In this document: positions 57,225 to 64,000 of the stretch, one piece after another | Numbering within the stretch: the first letter of the stretch is position 1 | Layout of the letters: each line of letters opens with the position of its first letter | Assembly: GCA_964488405.1 (NCBI GenBank) | Contig: CAZAUU010000003.1 | Coordinates: forward strand, 2,371-66,370 | Source: an uncultured Phocaeicola sp. | GTDB taxonomy: Bacteria; Bacteroidota; Bacteroidia; Bacteroidales; Bacteroidaceae | Direction of reading: 5' to 3' | Length of the DNA stretch: 64,000 nt | The notes under the pieces: model-generated | Told to the model about the DNA's origin: nothing | What the model saw: only the letters and a program-made list of their open reading frames with translations | The model's database searches: none | Program-made: the position numbers and the translations under genes

Positions 57225-57295
57225 CAAGAAAAGGGGGATGTGCCCTCCGGCTCACATCCCCCGGCAAAACCGGGCGGCAGGCGGCTGCCGCCCGG
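57225..57295 (-). terminator. Tandem terminators after the fimbrillin-like genes
   Basis: CCGGGCGGCAG-N4-CTGCCGCCCGG (57270-57295) and GGGGGATGTG-N10-CACATCCCCC (57233-57262), each followed by a T-run on the minus strand. Confidence 0.75.
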
Positions 57296-57307
57296 CGAAA
57301 AAGGAAA

Positions 57308-58966
57308 CTACTCCATATCGGGCAGTTTCACGGCTATGCAAGGCACAAGGCTACGCCCCGTGGAACTGCCTTTCTGCGTGTTCTTGCCGAAACCCCAGGT
57401 CCATGCCCCGTTGCTCTCGGTGGTCTGCACGGACCAGAAGTTGGTGTACGTATCAACGTTGTATTCGCTCGACGTGATGTATGCCGTCGTTCCCGTGACG
57501 GGGAACAACTCTTCAAGGCCGATGGCTGTCAGCAGGGCGTTGATGTTCCCGAACACCGACGCATCGTCAGACGTGAATATGGCGCTGTTGTTGTTGCTGA
57601 TGCTCACCTCCGTATCCTCCGTAAGGCCCGCCTCCCCGAGGTTGTTGAGCAGTTGCAGCATCTGGCCTATCGAGGGCACGAACCATCCGCTCGCCACCGT
57701 GGTGTCGGCGGGATGTGCCGACGCGTATTCGCCCACGGCATACAAGGCTGTAGCCGACTTGTCTTCCAACGCCCCGTAGGCATCGCTCGCCAGCATGGCA
57801 GCCGTTTTCAGCCGTCCGTCGAGGTCTGCCAGGGCAGAAGCCCAGTCGGTGACGCTCTCGCCCACGGCATCGGTGAAGCCCTGCACCACTCCCGTGACGC
57901 GCTCCACACCCACGGCGTAGGCATCGTAGCCTGCAGCAGCATCGGCATCGCTCACGTCTTCGCTGAACACCACCGCCACTACATCCGCCGCTTCGTCGGC
58001 GGTAATCCGGCTTGCCTTGACAAACGAGCCGTCCGACAGGAGGTAGTCGCCCACACCGTAGATGAATATCTCGCTGGCGTTGCCCGTCAGGTTTACGTCG
58101 CTGTCTTCCCAGCCGGTCACATAGCTGTCGTAGGGCACAAGGCCGTCGCTGGTCAGCCTCATGCTGTACACATATTCGTAGCCCGCCTCCCATTCGACGG
58201 TCTCATACAGGGTGTACGAAAAGGTTTCGCCGTCTATCGACACGTCGACAAGCCTGCTGCCGGAGCTCATGGTGCCCGGGGCAATGATGGCAGAAGCCGT
58301 GGCACGGTAGACGGTGTTTTCGGGCATGTATGCGTTGATGTCGGCAGTGATGCCCTTCACGGTGGGCGCCGTGGCGGATGCAAGGTCGGCTGCCACGGTG
58401 GTGTTACGGCCGGGCATCACCACCGTTGTGCCGGTGAGGTCGTAGTTGCCCGTGACGTCGGTCAAGTGTATGCTCACCCTCGCCATCATGTGGTTCAGCA
58501 CGAGGTGCGCCTTGCCGTCCGAAACGGCGGTCAGCGGCGCCAGCATCAGATCGGCAGACTCATAGTCGGCCTCGTCGCTCTGGTCGGACGGCACGCTGAA
58601 GTTCAGCGTCTCGCCGTATGTGTCGGCTGTCCACAGGCTTGCCGGACTGTACGCACACAGTTCCACGCCGTCCTGCATGACTGCAATTATCGAATCGGTA
58701 TTTGCCAGCAGCCCTCCTGCCTGTGCCGTGACGGTGGCATGCGCTGTGACGGCAATGCCGTCGTTCACGGCAATCACGCCCACCGTGGCGCCTTCTTCCA
58801 GCTCCACCTCGTCGTCGCCGTCGGTAACGGTGATGGTCAGTGCCTGGGCAGCAGCACTGTCGATGTCGATAGCGTCGTCTTCATTGCACGCCGTGAAGCC
58901 CACAGACAACGCTGCGAAGGCTGCAAAGGCAGCGGCTGACTTCAGTATAGGTAATGTATGTTTCAT
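57308..58966 (-). CDS. Fimbrillin-like (Mfa_like) lipoprotein with a C-terminal C-type-lectin-like domain, paralogue 2
   Basis: Lipobox FTAC, AYSP, DQS...Y..ADLM, H..ARV, VTGW; then GDY..DG, GWFVPSIGQM, YITSSE. Start at ATG 58966. Confidence 0.78.
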   Translation of the reverse strand: MKHTLPILKSAAAFAAFAALSVGFTACNEDDAIDIDSAAAQALTITVTDGDDEVELEEGATVGVIAVNDGIAVTAHATVTAQAGGLLANTDSIIAVMQDGVELCAYSPASLWTADTYGETLNFSVPSDQSDEADYESADLMLAPLTAVSDGKAHLVLNHMMARVSIHLTDVTGNYDLTGTTVVMPGRNTTVAADLASATAPTVKGITADINAYMPENTVYRATASAIIAPGTMSSGSRLVDVSIDGETFSYTLYETVEWEAGYEYVYSMRLTSDGLVPYDSYVTGWEDSDVNLTGNASEIFIYGVGDYLLSDGSFVKASRITADEAADVVAVVFSEDVSDADAAAGYDAYAVGVERVTGVVQGFTDAVGESVTDWASALADLDGRLKTAAMLASDAYGALEDKSATALYAVGEYASAHPADTTVASGWFVPSIGQMLQLLNNLGEAGLTEDTEVSISNNNSAIFTSDDASVFGNINALLTAIGLEELFPVTGTTAYITSSEYNVDTYTNFWSVQTTESNGAWTWGFGKNTQKGSSTGRSLVPCIAVKLPDME

Positions 58967-59145
58967 AATAGGATTGTTTGTATTATATAAACAGTGGCGT
59001 AAACACCCGTGGCACAACGCCTCGCAACAGAAGAAGCGGGCAGGCGGGACCATTCTGTACCGCCATGCCGCCTCGTATTACCGGCAAGCCCTACCGCCAC
59101 ACCGGGCTACGGGCCTGCCTTTCATACTTCAAACAACATTTCTTT

Positions 59146-60885
59146 TTATTGAACTGCAGGTAATGTGACTGCCACACAAGGAGCTACGCTACGACCGCCA
59201 CTCGACTTGTAAGCGTTACACCCGAAACCCCAAGCGTATATGGTGTCATCACCACTTACTGTGGTTTTCCTTGTGGTGAACGCCCAGCACGCACCAGTGG
59301 AATATTCGGTCACGGTATAATACAACAGTGCATCTGAGTTTGTGTCCGTGAGGAACATTTCATCGTCCCCCAAGCCAGTGACGTATGCGTTTATATTGTC
59401 AAGCACGTCTGTGGTCGTCACGTAATACTTCGGACTTGACGTATTATCAGGACCCATTAAATCCATGCTTGCCGTCAGTCCTGCACCTCCGAGGTTGTTG
59501 AATATTTGTATCATCTGGCCGAAGCTCGGTGTGAACCACTCGCTCGCAGTACCATCTGTTGGCAGTGGGTGTGAATTTGTGTAATTTGTATAGTTTACAA
59601 AATTACTACTTTTATCTTCTAAAGCAGCATATTCATCGCTCGCGAGTATAGCTCTTGTCTTTGTCAGTCCGTCGAGGTCATTGTATGCATCGACATAAGA
59701 ATCATACGTATCGTTCATTGCAACATCGGTTATGTTCCATGCCTTGTTACCGAAACGCCATAAACCCATAGCGTAACCATTGTAACCCTCGTCAGCATCC
59801 GCCGTGCTTACCGATTTGCTGAATATTACGGCCACTACGCTGCTCTTCTGCTCATCGGTGAGTTGACCGTTCTTGACGAATGTTCCGTCGTTAAGCATGT
59901 AGTCGCCTATGCCGTAATATGTTGCCTCGGTGCCTTCAAGAGTTGTATCTTCGTTGCCATCTTCCCATTCAGTTACCACGCTTTCGAGTATAGCCTCAGT
60001 TTCTACACCAGACAACGTTACGGTGTACGTATATTTCTTGCCGCTTGCGAATTCTACGTCTTCGCTAAGTACGGCCTTATAGGAGTTGCCGTCCGCTGTT
60101 GTCACAACCACGAAAGCTGTTCCACTCAACATATACTGCGGAGGAAATATTGCACTTGCGGTGAACGTTGTGGCATCGTCACCAAACTTTGCCGCCACTA
60201 TCTCCGTTTCGCTTCCCGATACATTGCCGACTGTACCCGTACTCACATTGACCGGTGCCGAGGTCACTACGTTGCAGATGTTCACTGTAGCTCCTTTCAG
60301 GTCAATGGTTGCGTTCCCATCTTCATCGTTTTCGACATTTAAATTGATGTTAACCTTAACCAGCTTGTGCACGAATGTAAGCCCTATCGCATCTGTAGTA
60401 GAAGCCACAGGATTACCGTTAGTGGGTGTACCAATCAACAGGTCGCTGGCCAGATAGCCGTCTTCGGTGCTTTGGTCGGTGGCAACGGAGAACGTCATGT
60501 TAGAATTATATCCGCCCGTCCATGAACTGTTGTACGGGGCGTATGCATACAAGGTCAATTCATCTTCTTCGAAATACATCTCGGTACCCGTAAATCCACC
60601 GTTCCCGTCGGCAGTAAGCACATTGTTGTCACCGTTTTCTATAAATTCGGAGTTTGCAAACGCAAACACACCGACCTTCACACCTGCCTCTATCTGCGTG
60701 TTTTGCAGGTTCTGGTCTACGGTTCTCGAACCCGCGGCAACCACGTTGCTCGTAAGGATTATGGGCGTGCGGCCTTCGGTTGTTGTGCCGCTGGAGAGAA
60801 GTTCATCGTCGTTGGTACACGACGTCACACCTGCCGCCAGTGCAAGTGCGGCAGCCATCGGGATAAAAAATTTTCTGTCTTTCAT
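59146..60885 (-). CDS. Fimbrillin-like (Mfa_like) lipoprotein with a C-terminal C-type-lectin-like domain, paralogue 1
   Basis: Lipobox VTSC, YAYAPY, DQSTEDGYLASDLL, FVHKLVKV, GKKYTYTV, VTEW; then EWFTPSFGQM. Confidence 0.82.
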   Translation of the reverse strand: MKDRKFFIPMAAALALAAGVTSCTNDDELLSSGTTTEGRTPIILTSNVVAAGSRTVDQNLQNTQIEAGVKVGVFAFANSEFIENGDNNVLTADGNGGFTGTEMYFEEDELTLYAYAPYNSSWTGGYNSNMTFSVATDQSTEDGYLASDLLIGTPTNGNPVASTTDAIGLTFVHKLVKVNINLNVENDEDGNATIDLKGATVNICNVVTSAPVNVSTGTVGNVSGSETEIVAAKFGDDATTFTASAIFPPQYMLSGTAFVVVTTADGNSYKAVLSEDVEFASGKKYTYTVTLSGVETEAILESVVTEWEDGNEDTTLEGTEATYYGIGDYMLNDGTFVKNGQLTDEQKSSVVAVIFSKSVSTADADEGYNGYAMGLWRFGNKAWNITDVAMNDTYDSYVDAYNDLDGLTKTRAILASDEYAALEDKSSNFVNYTNYTNSHPLPTDGTASEWFTPSFGQMIQIFNNLGGAGLTASMDLMGPDNTSSPKYYVTTTDVLDNINAYVTGLGDDEMFLTDTNSDALLYYTVTEYSTGACWAFTTRKTTVSGDDTIYAWGFGCNAYKSSGGRSVAPCVAVTLPAVQ

Positions 60886-60955
60886 ACTTTTAATTTTTTA
60901 ATATGTTTGGTTAATGAATTTATTGTTGCCGGCTTTCACACCGAATCTTCGCTTG

Positions 60956-61034
60956 CAAAATTACACGGACAAGAACAAATACCGCGATTCATTTGTTTCA
61001 TTCGCCGCGCGTTTTTGTATCGCATTTGTTTCAT
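60956..61034 (-). promoter_or_regulatory. Internal PUL promoter with a 12-bp direct repeat at 33-bp period
   Basis: TAATTTTG at 60956-60963 (minus); CATTTGTTTCAT at 60990-61001 and 61023-61034 (plus). Confidence 0.6.
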
Positions 61035-61065
61035 CATGCACCGATTTTGTAAACCACCCCGCAGG

Positions 61066-62556
61066 CTAATCCAAGGGCGTATTTGCCGGCGTGGTGTAGG
61101 GCACAAGGCGGATGTCTGCCATGTTGAACTGGAACGAGTCCAGCGCCTGCGACGGGTGCGACGAGTCGGGCGGATAGTTCACCACCGTGAGGATGGTCTG
61201 CAGGTCGCTGCTCTTGAGCTGCTGTATCAGCCCGCCGAGGGTAGACGCCGTGCTGCCCGACGTCACCGAAAACTCGCTCAGGGGGATGGTGAACGTGCGC
61301 CATCCGTCGGCAAACGACATGGGCTCGTCCCTCTCCCAGCCTGCCACGTTGGCAGACATTTCGGCGTCGAGGGAGCTGCGGTCTTTGTTGAACCGCCACG
61401 ACACGTAGCCCGTACTCCACTCGGGCACCCCGTTGCTGTACACGTAGATGTCCATCTGTATCGCCACCGAGCTGCACGAGGTGAGGGTGGTCAGCAACCC
61501 GTCGCAGTTGTCGAGCACGTACTGGAAGCGGTCGCCGCTGCTGAAGCGCAGGTAGCCCACCTTGTCGTCGGGACCCGACGCCTGGGGCCACTCTATCGGC
61601 GTGCCGCCGTAGAAGCTCAGGAGCGAGTCGGGATGGTTCACGCCCGTTGCCAGGAGGAGCGAATGCCCTTCCGGCAGGTCGTCCGAAGCATAGTTGGCGA
61701 CGTTGTCCTTCAGCGTGCCCATCGTGCTCAGGGTGTATTCGAACTCGGAGCCGGTGTAGGGCGAGCTGAAGCCCTCGCTGACGAAGTTATGGAAGAACAC
61801 GCAGTCGTAGCAGAACATGTACGCAGGCGAGTAGCAGCTTACCCCGGCGGATGCCGACTCCAGGCGGATGCTGCCCTGTGCGTAGTCGGCATCGGGCAGG
61901 GTGAAACTGATTTGCTTCGAGCCGGGCGTGAAGTCGGTGATTTCAAGCTCGCCGCCCTCCACCGGCAGGTACACGCAGTCCACGCTCTGGAGGTTGCGCC
62001 CCGTTATCGTAACCACATCGCCCGCTACCGGCAGCGTGCGGTCTACGTTGGTGATGCTTGGCTCGGGGTCGCCGATGCGGACCAGGGTACATATCGAGTC
62101 GGTGAGCCCGTTGTGTTCGGTCGTGAGCAGCATCTTCTCGTCGCCCGTGTGTATGCCCGTGATGGTCGTGGCGCCGTCGGCAGCCGCCGCCGTCTTGGGC
62201 GTGAGCACTACCGTGGAGCCGTCGAACTCGTAGGTGTACTCCAGGTTACATATCGAGTCGCGTATGCCCGTAGAGGCGTCGGTGTACCAGTGCGAGTAGA
62301 CCGCCTCGGCGTCCTCGACGTTCTGGAATTCGATGCTGTACTCTTCCTCGAAGTAGTTGCTGTTGTCGTAGCCGTAGGTTTTCTTGCCTTCCCACACGCC
62401 GAACAGCCTGTCGGCGTCAAGCGTGACCGCCTCCGGCACGTCGATGCTCACCGCGTCGGGCAGCACCGGCGAATCGAGGTCTTCGCTGCACGATACCACG
62501 GCGAATGCCGCAAGCAGGTGCAATGACAGGATGGTAAATGTATGTTTCCGTTTCAT
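61066..62556 (-). CDS. Surface glycan-binding lipoprotein (IPT/TIG + SGBP-B-like C-terminal domain)
   Basis: Lipobox VVSC, IPT motif PSIT.V...GDVVTITGRNL, GWRTFTIPLSEF, DIRLVP. Confidence 0.78.
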   Translation of the reverse strand: MKRKHTFTILSLHLLAAFAVVSCSEDLDSPVLPDAVSIDVPEAVTLDADRLFGVWEGKKTYGYDNSNYFEEEYSIEFQNVEDAEAVYSHWYTDASTGIRDSICNLEYTYEFDGSTVVLTPKTAAAADGATTITGIHTGDEKMLLTTEHNGLTDSICTLVRIGDPEPSITNVDRTLPVAGDVVTITGRNLQSVDCVYLPVEGGELEITDFTPGSKQISFTLPDADYAQGSIRLESASAGVSCYSPAYMFCYDCVFFHNFVSEGFSSPYTGSEFEYTLSTMGTLKDNVANYASDDLPEGHSLLLATGVNHPDSLLSFYGGTPIEWPQASGPDDKVGYLRFSSGDRFQYVLDNCDGLLTTLTSCSSVAIQMDIYVYSNGVPEWSTGYVSWRFNKDRSSLDAEMSANVAGWERDEPMSFADGWRTFTIPLSEFSVTSGSTASTLGGLIQQLKSSDLQTILTVVNYPPDSSHPSQALDSFQFNMADIRLVPYTTPANTPLD

Positions 62557-62570
62557 GATTGTTGCTTTGC

Positions 62571-63272
62571 TCAGTTAGAGAAATTGGTCTCGTCGGAATA
62601 TGCCTTTTCCACGTATTCGTCGCCGGTGGCTTCGTATGTCTTTGTCATGACCACCTCCACCTGCCCCTGCGCGAAGCTCACGCTGTCGGGCACGATGATG
62701 TACACTTCGGTGTCGGAGTTTTCCTGCGACGTGTCGAACTCGCACTTCACCTTCTGGTCGAAGGCAAGCGGCAGGTACACCTCCGTTGCCCCGCCGAGGT
62801 TGGAGCCTCCCAGGCGCAGGGTGCTGCCCGCCGTAAGCACGGTGGCGGAGAAGCTGGAGATGACGGGCTGTTCGGAGGTGCTCTTGACGTAGAACGGCTC
62901 GTACACCGCCTCGCCGGCGCTGTTTGCCACCTTGAGGTAGGCGTTGCCCGTGGCGGTGGTGGTCGCTACGTCCGACGGCAGCGCGATGATGATGCTGGCG
63001 TCGGTGTTGTAGATCTGCGTCTCGGTGAGGTCTATCTCCATGCCGTTGACATCGAGCACCGACACGCCCGAGAAGCCCGAGCCGCGCAGGCTGATGGTCT
63101 GTCCGGGATAGGCGCATGCCACCTGCTCTATGGGCTGGGTGCTCATGTTGCTCCACACGCTTTCTATCGACGGTGTGGAGATGCCGGATTCTTCGCTGCA
63201 CGACTGCAAGCCGAATAGCGGCAGGCATGCCGCGAAGGCGGAAAGGAACGGTTTCAGTTGTATCTTATTCAT
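62571..63272 (-). CDS. IPT/TIG-domain surface lipoprotein of the PUL
   Basis: Lipobox LQSC; two IPT repeats (PGQTISLRGSGF, AGSTLRLGGSNL). Confidence 0.78.
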   Translation of the reverse strand: MNKIQLKPFLSAFAACLPLFGLQSCSEESGISTPSIESVWSNMSTQPIEQVACAYPGQTISLRGSGFSGVSVLDVNGMEIDLTETQIYNTDASIIIALPSDVATTTATGNAYLKVANSAGEAVYEPFYVKSTSEQPVISSFSATVLTAGSTLRLGGSNLGGATEVYLPLAFDQKVKCEFDTSQENSDTEVYIIVPDSVSFAQGQVEVVMTKTYEATGDEYVEKAYSDETNFSN

Positions 63273-64000
63273 TGTAGTCGGATTTGTTGGTTATTATTTC
63301 TGTGAAGTCGTATGCCACGGGAGCCTCCGTCAGGTTGGGGTCGAGGTTGGTCTCCACGGGCGGATAGCTCATCGCCCAGAGGTTGTCGTCCTCGCCGAGG
63401 GTGGACGAGTGGCAGTAGCTGCCGTCGGGGATGTTGTGCACGCACTCCTTGCTCTCGCGGTAGATGACGGGCTCCCCGTTGCTCTCCCTGAGCGTCACCG
63501 TGCCCAGGAGGTCGGGGTTCGCCTCGTTGTAGGCGTAACGGTAGCCGTACAGGCGGTGGCACCCCATGATGTCGTTGCCCTCGTTCTCCATGAGCTTGTT
63601 GTTCTGGTAGTCGAGCATGTGCTGCAGGTGCTCCTGCCCCATGAACGAGCGGCGCACGATGTCGGTCCAGAACAGCCCTTCCATGTAGTTCTCCATGCGG
63701 CGTTCCACCAGCAGCGAGTCGAGTGTGAACGTGCCTGTCTCTCCGTAGTCGCCGGGGTACGTGCCGTTTTCCAGCTCGATTTTGTACGCCCTGCGGCGCA
63801 CCGTGTTGACTCCTTCGAGTATGCGCGTGTCGCTTGTCTCCTCGACGCTGTACAGCCCCATGTATGCCTCGGTGAGGTTGAGGTACGCCTCGCTCATGCG
63901 GAGCATGGGCGTGCAGAGTGCCGAGTTGCCGCTGTACGCCTGGTTGTCGGTGGCGAGGGGTCCTCCCACCACGTGCTTGTGTATGCCGAGCGTGGTGCAC
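63265..64000 (-). CDS. susD: SusD/RagB-family lipoprotein, C-terminal part (truncated by the window edge)
   Basis: LRMSEAYLNLTEA, VNTVRRRA, ERRMENYMEGLFWTDIVR, YPP.E...DPNL. Confidence 0.85.
   Translation of the reverse strand, partial: CTTLGIHKHVVGGPLATDNQAYSGNSALCTPMLRMSEAYLNLTEAYMGLYSVEETSDTRILEGVNTVRRRAYKIELENGTYPGDYGETGTFTLDSLLVERRMENYMEGLFWTDIVRRSFMGQEHLQHMLDYQNNKLMENEGNDIMGCHRLYGYRYAYNEANPDLLGTVTLRESNGEPVIYRESKECVHNIPDGSYCHSSTLGEDDNLWAMSYPPVETNLDPNLTEAPVAYDFTEIITNKSDYNE

Noticed and set aside
57270-59340. Diversity-generating retroelement targeting the lectin C-termini of the fimbrillin genes (with a GC hairpin just after the stop at 57308)
   Set aside because: No reverse transcriptase and no near-identical template repeat differing only at adenines is visible in the window. 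The paralogue ends are too diverged, and the hairpin is explained as a terminator. A remote DGR cannot be excluded.
57170-62526. 589-aa and 607-aa plus-strand ORFs (57170-58939, 60703-62526)
   Set aside because: Antisense shadows of GC-rich minus-strand lipoprotein genes; Arg/Gly/Val-rich with no domain signal.
1-64000. tRNA/rRNA genes, CRISPR arrays, IS elements, integrases, invertible promoters
   Set aside because: None seen: no cloverleaf, no spaced repeat array, no transposase or recombinase ORF, and no long inverted repeats flanking a promoter.

Overview
Chromosomal window from a Bacteroidales gut anaerobe (Bacteroides/Phocaeicola-like, judged from TAnnTTTG -7 promoter boxes, lipoprotein signals and a SusD gene). 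It is mostly core genes: pheS, murB, GSIII, PFOR, fused NfnAB, a 2-oxoacid:ferredoxin oxidoreductase operon, dinB, tsaC, fmt, a rhamnose operon, thyA-folA, tadA, birA and a MATE transporter. It also carries two RND efflux operons, a PL10-CE8 pectin enzyme, a NigD/ECF sigma/dual-membrane anti-sigma module and, at the right end, the 3' part of a compositionally foreign PUL (SusD, SGBPs, two fimbrillin-lectin paralogues). The top finding is an unannotated ~95-120 nt minus-strand small RNA candidate (~4387->4293) directly downstream of a hemerythrin + pseudo-receiver LuxR pair. It has its own promoter and a 20-bp palindromic operator candidate. Its 5' seed is complementary to the start-codon regions of two Fe-S genes elsewhere in this window (the 2x[4Fe-4S] ferredoxin subunit and PFOR), and a second segment matches the NfnAB 5'UTR. 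This suggests a RyhB-like iron-sparing or redox sRNA circuit. I saw no tRNA, rRNA, CRISPR array or intact mobile element. All calls come from reading the sequence; no searches or folding programs were run.
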